This document shows, piece after piece, positions 52,909 to 64,000 of a stretch of 64,000 nucleotides of DNA. Origin of the DNA: Haplodiscus bocki (lineage: Eukaryota). The translations under genes and the position numbers were made by a program. Position 1 is the stretch's first letter. Every line of letters starts with the position of its first letter. The notes beneath the pieces are model-generated. The model saw only the letters and a list, made by a program, of their open reading frames with translations, had not been told where the DNA came from and searched no databases. Where the stretch lies: NCBI GenBank assembly GCA_965655095.1, contig OZ296658.1, forward strand, positions 32,674,001-32,738,000, in the 5' to 3' direction.

Positions 52909-54481
52909 CTAGTTTGAAGTTTGGGCTGCTGCTTGGAAATTCCCATCTGAATAGTTTTTCTTTTTTGAACCTGATTCTGTCCTACCGGCCGTCTATTCCG
53001 GGAGGCGGTCTTTCAGTTGCGCTTGCTCTAATTTAGCACTTCTCTGTGGAATTGTTAGTTTTACCGCAGGTCTCACAAGGTGGGTCCACAGGTCTAAAAT
53101 TTCTGTTTTTTTGATTATTTGTTTTGTTTGCCTTGGTTTGATTGGAAATCTTATTGTGGGAGTTAAAATTTGTTCGACAACAAGTTTTGTTCTTATTGCC
53201 GGCACTTTTCGTGTTGTTTTGGGCTTGGTCTTTTTTTCGTATGAGTTGACTTCAATTCTTTTGATTGTGACCTTGTTTTTTGCAGTGCTGGCAAGTTGGT
53301 TTGGATTTTTTGTGTTTTCGTTTTGTGGCTCGTTGCTTCACAGTATTTATCTGGAGCTCATCTGAGCTTCAAAAGCATTCAGTTCTAACTCCTTTTTAAG
53401 CTGTGACACAATCTGTTTATATGTGGCATTCTCCAAATGCGCCTGGTTGATTGATTTGTTCAGGTGGGGAGGCATTTGGCATTTATGAATTGCTCGATGA
53501 TTGCCTGAGCGGCAACTCTTTCGCTAGTTTCTGTAGTTCGTCTAGAAAATCGCTTAACTTCTAGTTCGCTGGTTTGCAGACCAGTCATTGAAAGTTGTGT
53601 TTTGCTGTGGCCATTGACTGAAGTTGCACGTATTTTCTACGGAACACAGTCAGAAGTTCTACCAAGTTCTCTATTGAGGCGGCTGGTGATGTTTTGAAAC
53701 TTTGTAACGCATCGCCACGCGTGAGAGAGTGGAAGTAGTTTATTTTCTCTCCTTCTGTGAGTTGACTGTGAATTTTCAAAATTTTTTAAAACAGATCTTC
53801 AAACTCTTCTATTTTTTTTAATTTCCCGTCAAAGGTGGGCATTGTCGTTGTGAAGGATTTGGGCAATTTCGAGATTTACTTGATGCTGTTGATGAAAGTG
53901 GCTGTATTACTGTTCGTCGCCAACTGTTGAGGGGCTAACAGAATCTGATCTGCTTCAATTGTCGCAAGGGTGTTGTCACTGCGAATTTGTGGCTGACTTG
54001 TAGGGCGCGTCTTCTTTTGTATTCCTGAGAAAGTTCCAGGGGAGCAGTAGGGAATCTCTCGTTGAATTCCTGTCACCATGTGATGAGTTTCTTCCTGCTT
54101 AGATTCTCTTAGATGACTGGTGTGGTAGGTACAGAACACCACTTTGGACAAAGATTACCTAGCGAACAGTCCCAAGTGGGTTCCCGGTTACTGAGTCGTT
54201 TTTCCTGGATGTTTCCGGAACAGCTACGGAACAAGTCCGAACTTGTGGGATCAAAGGAAATTCAGCAAGTTTAGACAAAGCACCCATATTACCTGACTCC
54301 GTCCGGCTGAATTCTTTAGAATTTTTTTTGTTGACCCTTCCCTCAATTTTTTCAGAAGCTAGGGAGATGTATCTTGGGCCATTCCGAGATCAACTGTGTT
54401 TTGTGACTGACTGTTCGTTGTATTTTCAGGTGTCTCCCTCAAATTTTGCGCTAATTTCCTCCTATTCCTCAACGTTGCCAT
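52909..54481 (-). pseudogene. gag: gag, starting inside the 5' LTR
   Basis: ATG at 54481 (MATLRNRRKLA), continues through THHMVTG at the LTR/PBS junction, PTFDGK, INYFHSLTRGDALQ, knuckle remnant, ends AAAQTSN* at 52909. Confidence 0.85.
54061..54078 (-). promoter_or_regulatory. Primer binding site
   Basis: CA|TGGTGACAGGAATTCAAC. Confidence 0.8.
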
Positions 54482-55802
54482 AATTATGAGGGAACAAATC
54501 TGTCACTTGTGAAAACTGAATTGATTTTTTAAATTTCTAACAAAAGTGTTGATCTCTTCCTATTTTGAGGGAAAGGGCTTCAATCAAAGCAAAAGTTAAC
54601 GTTTTCAGGAAAAAGATTACAGTACCACAGGCTACAAAATTGCAAATTAAAGTTTGCCTTTTAGTTTCTCATTTTTCTACCTCTTCATTGGCAAGAAACA
54701 ATTGTTTACACGCCAATTCAAGGTACAAATAGGGAAAAGTAATTTAATTATATTATCTACAAATGAAAACTGCCGACTCTGGCAGGAAAAAAACACCTAT
54801 CCGTCCATTTCTTCTTTCATAAACCGCGTCTTTGCTAGTCTTCGACAGAAAAAGGTACGGTTTTAATTCGTCAGAATTGGATATCAGAGTGGCTATTCCC
54901 GCGCCGACACAATAATGATCAACTTGAACAAAAACTGAAAAAGAATTTCCAAAAAGTATTTACTAAAAAATACACCAAGTGTAATATAAATTCCAAAAAA
55001 TAGACATCGTATAGACGATGGGTAAAGGTCATGTTTACATGTGTTTACAAAGTGCATTGAATATATCCACTGCTGGGAACAAGAGCTGGCTTTTCTTAGC
55101 CGTTCCTCAGTTCTACCAGCTCGTTCCTCATTTTGACCGAAGCGTTCCGGAACGACTACGTAACCGCTTGTAGCAATGTCTCCGCAGTGTTTTTGAGAAT
55201 GAGTTGGGTGGCTACGTAACCCTTCCGTGTCCGTCGAAAATGACAACAATTTAGCACAGCGGATTGGCTGAAGTCCTAGTGACGTCACAACATTGGTAAG
55301 GACGGAACACATAAGGAACAATTATTCACTTTGAAAGTCACACTCTGTATTAAATAGCTTGTAATAGTTATTGCAAACTTGTTGACAGTGTCAATCCTGA
55401 TTTAAGTTTTTGCACAAGTCAATTGAAAAAGGTGAATTTTTGTACTAAATAGCTAAATTAGTTCTTAAAGTAGCAGCTAATATTCATTGTAAAAAGTTGG
55501 TAGGGATAGTAAATGAATATTCGTTTGTTCAGTAGTTGTTCCGTCCCAACCTGGATCAATTCACCGAAATTTCACACATAGGGTTCTTGCTTTTTCCTTG
55601 AGTAAAAAATATGGAACGATACGGAACCATTACGTATCATCTACATGAATCACATATGTGCTTAGTGTTGATACGTTACTACTACCTTAATTATTGGAAA
55701 TAGTGTAACGTATGTTCATCAACTTTTCAGTCTTGAGTTTAAGCATTGTTGACGACAATCTTGGTATGTCCTTCGGCTTGGTATGTCAGATTTGCTGCGA
55801 CA
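54079..55802 (-). repeat. 5' LTR (1724 bp)
   Basis: Minus strand TGTCGCAGC...CTCATCACA followed by the PBS. Confidence 0.9.
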
Positions 55803-57087
55803 CTAACTGAGCTTCATAGTAACTTGATAAAAATTTCATTACAGGAAAATAATTTAGTAAAAACTTCATGTTTAAGACTGCTTCGAAGTGAGCGACATGT
55901 CCCAGAACAGCAATTTTAGCATGATTTCAACAGGCTGTCGTCATTAACTCAAGAGGAAGGAGAAGATGAAAACACTGGCTAACGAAACGAACAACGTGGA
56001 AACGAACCTGAAAGAAGCCCTGCAAGTTCTAGAAGAATGGTGACTGAGGATCGCTGCAATCAAAAGCATATGTTACTAGAATTGATTAAGACTAGTTTTG
56101 CAGGCTGCCACCTGTGACGGCCAAATGCACACGGTAAACTATAGCAACGCTCAACCAGAAACACAAACTAACTTTTTGCCGTTTTTTTGCCGTTATTTCA
56201 AAATTAAAAACATTATAAAGTCCAATTACATGTAAGTGCCGGACAAACTCGCCCCATTTTAGAAAATGGGCTATAGCTACATATAAACTAACATTTATTT
56301 TATTTTTAGATACATATTTTATTAGTGCGTAAAATCCTTACTATTAGCGAGAGCGCTAGCATCAATTGAGAAAGCAATATAAACTGTTGTTTACAGTACG
56401 TAATTGAAGCACAAAAACTGTATTAGAACCTGATTAGTCAAGACGAAAAAATAATCCAGTCAAAGTTCTGACCAACTAGCAGCTCTACTAACGAGTGGTC
56501 AGAAATTGGTCACAAACCTTTTGACCAGTTTGCTCGAAGCAATTGATTGCCTCCAAATAAAAGCACAAAAGACGGCAAGACGAGGAGGCAAAACTGAGCA
56601 GAAATCGACCACATTTGTTGAATGATCTTTTTCTACTATATATTCATATGTTTAAGTTTTATCCTATTTCAACCCATCCAGTCCTCACTCTCCAGAATCA
56701 TCCGTGAAAAAAACACCTAGTCATAAGGCGGTACTAATGACCGTTTCAAGCCTAACGAATATTAATAGAACCTCACTCAGTGAAACAATTCGAATATAAT
56801 ACTCAACATCAAGAATATTGCTCTCTTTTGCTAATTTAATCATATACCTATTTTAATCAAGTCATCTGATACCATATGTAATTTAACTATCACCTTGAGG
56901 TTCCTGAGAGTACCAAGACCTCTCGTTTGACCTTTCGCGTGCATGTAATCATGTTCCATAAAATCTAATTCTAATTCCATGAATTCATTTAGACTGTCAT
57001 GACCAAACTTTGCGAATCATCAGTTTTTGGTGCAAGCCCCTCATGAAGTACTAAAGAGGTGCTATTTTTACAATGGTGACACGCTGA

Positions 57088-57979
57088 TGTTATGTAACAA
57101 GCAAATTAATTACTTTGATGTTGGATTTTTTTGTAGTTGCAGGTATGACGTAGATTAGAAAACAAGATTGGCTGACAAATTAGTGGTCAAAAAAGAGAAT
57201 CCCAACCTGAGGTCAACCGAAAAACCGACAATCACAGGAACAAAACCACATTACAGTCGCTGAAATTCAAAAACTCGTACCTTCAACTAAAACTTTCGTT
57301 CATACTTTGATCCAAATTGACATTTTTTCCAGTCAATTTTCTGCTTTTTAAATTTGTTGTTTTGTTGTAATGCTGCTAAGATTATCATTTCAAATGCAAA
57401 TGATCTTTCAACAAAAATGGTTTCTACTCGCAAGAAAAAACAGTCAAACAGAAGGCTTCTCAGTCAATTTGATGACTTTGACCGAGACCATAGTCTTGGA
57501 AACGCTTGGAGCGACAAGCAAGAAACTGTTGTAGTCACTGAAGGTACCGTCGTCCAGATAATTACCGCTCAAGCAACCAGCAATAATTTAACAACCAATG
57601 CGAATTTATAGATATGAAAAACTTGGAAAAATGTTTTATGGAATGTATTGATGGAGAAATGGGTAACAATGTTGACACTGTCGAAAAAAGGATGCAAACG
57701 CAATTGTGACCGCAATTGATGGTAATACTACTTCAAAAATCGAGTTAGCAGTTAGGTCAATAAAAGCTTCCTCTAGACAAGATGCGACCAGTAGCATTGT
57801 GAATTCAAAACAGAACGTGGGAACTGATAGGGACTACCGCGTTTTTGGAAAATGTATCCGAAAGGAAGAATACACTGTGTTGAAAACAAATGATGAGACT
57901 CGAATTAAAACTCCGGACGAGGTAGGGGAATTGTCGGTCCCAGGAACACGTTTTGGCCGGAAACCACACACTCATCACA
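57088..57979 (+). mobile_element. Solo LTR of a related Gypsy family (left edge uncertain)
   Basis: Ends ACACACTCATCACA like the other LTRs but no PBS follows; contains a gag-like start MVSTRKKKQSNRRLLSQ (ATG 57417) to ..KPHTHH; no TSD found. Confidence 0.6.
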
Positions 57980-59707
57980 ACTAGAGCCGAAGTTCAAAAA
58001 ACAAACAAAACACCTTCCTAACAAAATTGAATTTCAGGTTGAAACAACTGAATATTCGGACGTAGAATCGCCTTGTCACAAAACCGAGACAAGCAAAGGG
58101 TTTTTACTGAAAATCGGACAAAAATCAGCAAAAATGCTAAACTTCGCGGAATCCTTAAAACGGTCCATGGGATATAAAACCCTCCTGAAGAAGAGCAAAC
58201 AGCAACTTGAGAAGAAATGCGCTTCCTGTCTCGAAAAAAACCATGAAATTTGGGATTTTTGATAGCATTCAGCAAGAAAAAAGTGGTAAACCATATGTCA
58301 TGCCCGGTTGAGAGAATTATACTGAATTATCTACATATCTCTAAAACTACGTCTATATGCTATAAGTATGACGTTAACTAAAGTGATCAAGATCTTACTG
58401 CCGTTTCTGTGGCCAAACAACGCATAAAAGTTTGAATGCATGTCATTGTACTTCCCTCTACCCCCGTTAGGAAAGCGACGTTGTACTATATAAAATTACA
58501 TGTGGTTTGTGAAACCAAGTATTTTTGAGCATTTTATAATTTAGCAGTCACTCAACTTCAATACCGAGGGTGCAGAACTTACATGTTAACACAAACCCGA
58601 CAGGTTCTAGATTCTGTTTGAAGTTCGAAGGTTAAAACACACAATAAGGTAAGCTTCGACCGGAAATCGGCAACATTTACATGAGCCTTCTGTAAACCAG
58701 TAAAATGACAATATAGACTTGTATTGAACTGAAACTACACAACATCGGAACACATCTGTCCCTACGTTTTCACTCCGAAATCCATTCTGCTATAAAGGAA
58801 CACGAAGACCCTCAATTAGAGATATAGCAACAGATAAAACAAAAGCAGAATGAATTTGGGAGACATTAGGGATTTACATCGTTTAACATCCGTCGGAGAT
58901 GGGAAACGGTACACATTGACTCCGCAGCTGAGCTGTCGACAGAAACCGATGGATAGAACACACTTGAGCATACGCTAGACAAAAGCATCGGTTTCGGTCA
59001 GAAGAGCAGCTTGCGCCACATCTCAGACATTTTATGATGTCTGACAGTTTTATACTGAATCATAATAAAGCTACAACGCGAAGCTTACCTGACTACATGT
59101 AATCAGACACTTCGGAAATTTTTCTGTGAAAAATCTGATGTATTAGCCTTAGGACAAATTCTGACGTCCCAGATGGACGATAGCCGCGAACGGAGTAGAA
59201 TAACACCAAACTAGCTGATACAACAGACGAACAGACATTTTCTGAAGTCGGCTTCAAACTAGCTATTTTGCAGACCCAATGCACGGACATTTTACGAACA
59301 CCCCCAGTGAGTTTCATAACCAAAATATCATTTATGTATGTCAAAATTAGCCTTTATTTCGAGGATTCGAACCATTTTGACGCCATATTTAATTTATGCA
59401 GATATTGTATTGAAATTGGCGAAAATTTTGCGCATTTGTCGCTCTACGGCAGGTTTTCGCTTCACATAGTACTTAGTTAATTAGCATTTAGGCCAATGAG
59501 CCAACAAGAGCCCCCGATGGTAGAAATTGCGTCTTGATATTGATCACGTGACCGCGTAACTCCGAGAGCGATGAGAAAAACCACAGTAACCTCAGAAAAC
59601 AAGTAACTACACGTACTAACCAGTGAAGCTAGTAAAACTCCTACCAATCAAAAGTGAAATAATTGCACCGGGAATGACAAGTTTTCCCCGAAAATTAACT
59701 GGTGACT

Positions 59708-61391
59708 ATGTCAACACCTGAAAGTAACCTGACAGAGAACGCTGCAACGTTATGACTAAGCCGTGTTAATCTACAACATTGGTCAGCGGCCAGAGTGTTT
59801 GTTAAATCTAAACGTAGACGATTGGAACGACAGCGTATTGATGAAATGAAACACAATTTTTTTGAACTTAGACAATCACAAAACAAAAAAATCGATGTAG
59901 GACATAGTGAGGTTTATAAGAAACATGCTCAGGTTTTCACGCATTTGTTCAACGTTGTGCAACCACGGTTCGTTTCTTTCTTAACTTGTCGTCTCCTAAC
60001 TTGGTGAAAATCTAGACGGAAGAAATGACGTTGAAAAAAGTCAGATAACACAGTACAAAGCTACACTTCGTGGGATGAAAGGATGGGAAAACGTGAAAAA
60101 ACCCAGATTGGAATTTTTTTTCTCATATCTTGCCCGACCAGAAAGGAAGTGTATTGAAGGAATTGCCTTTAAAGAAACTTTTCCGTGCCACACACCGAAA
60201 AAAATCAAAACGACCTGTTTTGAACGTCGGCAGTTGCACGTGATGTTAATCAAGTTCAATTGTCACTCGAGTCGAGTACTGACAAAACAACGTCCTTGCT
60301 GTCAACTTTCACCGATATGGCCATGAATGAGCTTGCAAACGTTTGGCTGGTTTCTGTTGTCAAGAATTTGAAGAAGTTCACCGATGGGCCCACACAAAAG
60401 TTGATAGAAGTGCCGGAAAGAAAAATGAGTAAACCTCTGAAGTACGTATACAAGCGCTACGCCGGAGTTTTAAGGCACAGGAGATTGAAAATAACTTTGA
60501 GCGTAGAGCGACATTGTGGCGAGTGGTGATTTGCCAAAGTTCATAGAGTTTTTTTTTCGGCAGATGAGAAGCTGGATTTGGAAGGGCAAAGGTTCTGGCC
60601 TCCCAGTATCAATACTCCTAGGGCACGTCTTTTTGACAGGTAGAAAGATAAAACAATCCATCTCAAGGTTCAGAAAAAATTGGCAAAATTCTTTCAAAAG
60701 CAATTTTACCCAGTGAAAGGCAAGGAAGAAGGCCTGCAGTTTTCGACAGACTAAACTTCATCATTCATGCTCACAACTATGACCTCGAGGAGAAGCCGTT
60801 ATCAAAACAAAAGGTATCAAGTAGGCCTGTCTGTATTCGGAACAAAATGCGTACGTTCGTTGGATTTGCTCTCTCGATCCCGACGATTAAATGATTATTT
60901 CAAAAATCAAGTACCAGCAAAAGATGAAACTTGAAATTGTCGGCATTGATAAATTGAAAGGCAGAGGTGTAGTTGCTACGGAGGATTTTCCCAAAGGTGA
61001 ACTCGTTTGCAAGCCTTATGGTCGATATCTAAGTTTTCATCAACACCATGATCACATTAGAGACAAAGATGATGATTTCAGCAGGTACATGATGGAACTG
61101 CCAATTATAACTCACTCTCTCACGAAAATGTAAGTGCACTCTCGTACAGTTTGAGATTCTTATTGGATTTGATGCCAGTGTACGTTTTTCTCCATGCCAT
61201 TCGAAACAAGCCTTGAAAGTATATTTAATCAACCAAGCGAAGCTCCGAAAAAAGGATATCAAACTGAAACTTCAACCGCGTCTCGTTCAATCGAAGGGCA
61301 GAAAATTCACTTGATGGTACCTCGTACGCGCAGTGTCCCTACTGGAGGAGAAGAACTTTTGTACGAGTACAACGATGTACTGTCAGCTTAG
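59708..61391 (+). pseudogene. Unknown N-terminal region plus SET domain (SETD8/PR-Set7-like), degraded, copy A
   Basis: MKLEIVGIDKLKGRGVVATEDFPKGELVC..YGRYLS (60924-), FDAS, ..KLKLQ.., GGEELLYEYND (to 61391). Confidence 0.75.
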
Positions 61392-63548
61392 ATCTTTGTT
61401 GACTTTCTCGCTTCCAGTGTGTTAGTGTGCCGGAAGCATAGAGGTAATTGATGACGTTGAACATCCTGAGTTTTTTTGATTTTGCAAAAGAACTGCTAAG
61501 CTAACTTAGATGAGGTATGTCCGAGGCCTTTAGATGGTGCCAGGAATTGGGGTGTTCAGTTGTGTTCATTAAATTTGTTAACTATGTTGCTTTCTAGTCG
61601 GTTGCACAAGTAGTTGCTTTTAGAAATGGAAAAAAGCATTAATAAAAGTGAAAGCAACCAGAAAAAAAATTTGCGAGAAAAAACCGAAAACTCCGTTTCG
61701 TGAGTTTTTTTGGCTGCATATTTCAAAAACAATCAGAAAAAAGGTTATAATTATACGAAATGAACACAAAGCAAAAGTGTCGCGCAAACACAATTGATGC
61801 AACTCCATTTGCTTTGTAAGTTACTGTAGGCAGAGAATTTCCACTTGAATGTAACCAGTTATGATCGTCGTCAACAAGTGATGTTGATCAAGTTGAAATG
61901 CCACTTAAGTCAAAAACTGGTGAATTAACGTCGATGTTGTCGACATCCACTGATGTGGCCATGAATGAGCTTTCAACGAAATGGATGGTTTCGGTTGTCA
62001 AGAATTTGAAGCACTTACCCGACGGGCCCACACAGAAGTTCATGGAAATGCCGGAAAGAAAAATGAGCAAACCTCTGAAGTACGTATACAAATGCTACAC
62101 CCAGATTCTTAAGATAAAGGAGCTTGAGGCTAACTTTGAGTGTACAGTTGGTGTGAGCGACATTGTGGAGACTGGTGAGTAGTCAAAATTCATTGAATTT
62201 TTCTCGGCAGATGAGAAGCTGGACTTGGAAGGCAAAAGTTTCGGTCTCCCTGTGTCAATACTCGTAGGGCACGTCTTTTTGACATGTACACAAAGATAAA
62301 ACAACCCATCACAATGAACAAAAAAAGCGGAGTTTCGTTCGAAAACAATTTTACCCTGTGAAAAACAAGGAGAAAGTCCTGCAACTCTTTCAGGCTTTCA
62401 AAGCATGAAAGCGAAAAGATCACTTAATCAAAACGTTTGCCAGCGGAAAAAAGTTTTCGACAGACTAAACTCTATCATTTTTGCTCGCGTTTTTGGCCTC
62501 GAGGCGACGCCGTAATCAGAACAAATGGTATCAAGCAGGCCTGTTTTGGTCGAAATTCCGGAGTCGGAACAAAACGCGTACTTTCGTTGGGTTTGCTCTG
62601 TCGATCCTGAGGATGATATGTTTTTTTTTAAACATCAAGGACGAAGAAATGTTGAAACTTAGGATTGTCGACATTGATGAATCGAATGGCAAAGGAGTAT
62701 CATGGTCGTTTGAGAGTATCATGGTCGATACCTAAGCTTCCGGCAACACCAAGATAACAATAGAGATTAGGGTGATGATTTTAACAGGTACATGATGGAA
62801 CTGCCATCTTATTCCACACTCTCCTGAAAATCTAAGTGCACTCTTATAGACTTTGAGACTGAAGCTGATGCCAGCTCAGGTTTCTGTCGGTGTTATCTGA
62901 AAAAAGCTGCGGAAGGATGTTCCATTAACCACGTGAAGGTCTGAAAAGAGGTGTAAACCTGAAACTTCAATAGCTTTTCGTTAAATAGAAGTGCACAAGT
63001 TTCAGTTGATGGTACTTCGTGCACGCCGTGTCATTACTGCAGGGGAAGACTTTTCATGTGAGTACAACGATGTATTGTCAGATTAGGTTTTCGTTGACTC
63101 TCCTTTTCAGTGGGTTAATGCCCCGGAAGCGTCGATTTAAACGATGACCTTGAAATCCCATGCTTGTTTTGATGTTGTAAGGGTACTGCCAAGCTAACTT
63201 TTGATAGGTTATGAAGGAGGCATTTAGATCGTGCGAATAATTCGGGCGTTCAGTTGTGTTCAATAAATTTGTTAACTATGTTGCTTTCCAGTCCATCACA
63301 CAAGTAGTTGTTTTAGAAACGGAAAAGCAACAATAAAAATGAAAGCAACCAGAAAACATATTGCTCGAGAAAAAACCGGAAAAATTGCCTTTTGAGTTTT
63401 TTTGCTGCAGATTGCAAAAAAGCAGTCAGAAAAAAGGTTGCAACTTAACGAAATAAACACAAATCAAAAGTGTTGCACAAACTCAATTGATGCAACTCCA
63501 TTCGCTTTGTAAGTTACTGTAGGTAGAAAATTTCCACTTGAATGTAAC
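60240..63548 (+). repeat. Old tandem duplication: 60240-61855 and 61878-63548
   Basis: Both copies begin GTGATGTT.ATCAAGTT and end TTTCCACTTGAATGTAAC; colinear, roughly 75-80% identical by eye. Confidence 0.9.
61878..63085 (+). pseudogene. Duplicate of the unknown-plus-SET gene, degraded, copy B
   Basis: LKLRIVDIDESNGKGV..EYHGRYLS..CGRMF.(INH)..GVNLKLQ..RARRVITAGEDFSCEYND; N-region ORF 61898-62182 matches 60260-60529. Confidence 0.7.
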
Positions 63549-64000
63549 AATGTTTTGAACTGACATATTTAGTAATTGTTGACATTTTGGTTCCCAGTGG
63601 GTTAGTGCCAAGGAAGCGACAATATTTACAAAAACCTCGAACTTTTTAAACTTGGTTTTTTTCTCCTGCACATCAATCTTGGCTTTGATAATGTTCGAGG
63701 AAGGAAATAAGATGGTTCGAAGAGATATATTGTTCACTTTTTTTGTCTTCAGTGATTCAGTTCCATATGATTTTTCAAGTGATTTTTGACAAATAATTGA
63801 TCTTGGAATTTTAAAGTAAGCAACAAAAAAAACAGAGAGCCAAAAACTTGGTTGCTCTAATGAAAACCTTTGAAAAACCAAAATTTTCACTTGCATAAGT
63901 TTGCAAAAACAAAAGGCAGCCAGAAAATTTGCAGCAATATTGGGGCCTGATCTGTTATCGGCCGAAATTCAAAATTCATTTTTTTCCTCACTGCAGCACC

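Larger units (their letters stand above)
40744..55802 (-). mobile_element. Full-length (15.06 kb) decayed Ty3/Gypsy LTR retrotransposon with 3' cargo ORFs
   Basis: Two homologous TG..CA LTRs, PBS, PPT, gag, and PR-RT-RH-IN domain order. Confidence 0.93.

Noticed and set aside
1-64000. Prokaryotic systems (CRISPR array, operons, defence islands)
   Set aside because: No repeat-spacer array or dense intact ORFs; content is eukaryotic transposon debris
1-64000. Most short ORFs in the six-frame track as real genes
   Set aside because: They are fragments or antisense shadows of pseudogenised element genes

Overview
AT-rich eukaryotic (metazoan-like) genomic DNA made almost entirely of decayed mobile elements; I see no intact host gene, rRNA, functional tRNA or CRISPR array. 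From left to right: (1) a degraded Polinton/Maverick (adintovirus-like) virion module at about 3.6-6.4 kb (penton-like, Zn-ribbon, membrane protein, A32-type packaging ATPase) containing a GC-rich, strongly foldable ~175-nt island; (2) a 3'-truncated Ty3/Gypsy element (6.7-11.1 kb, minus); (3) a ~7.67-kb unit repeated three times in tandem (about 6.5/11.1-33.5 kb), each copy carrying pseudogenised SGNH-like, tyrosine-recombinase (YR) and SET-domain coding sequence; (4) unknown gene remnants and short-repeat blocks (33.5-38 kb); (5) more Gypsy pieces, including a full-length 15-kb element (40744-55802, minus) with 1.7-kb LTRs, gag starting inside the LTR and 5.7 kb of 3' cargo that includes an antisense, apparently intron-containing gene; (6) a tandemly duplicated second type of SET-domain pseudogene (59.7-63.5 kb). 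The best candidate for an under-described system is a large YR-mobilised element carrying histone-methyltransferase-like (SET) and SGNH genes. All protein calls come from manual translation across frameshifts and stops and from remembered family motifs. No database search was run, so each needs HMM/structure confirmation, and identities quoted are eyeball estimates.
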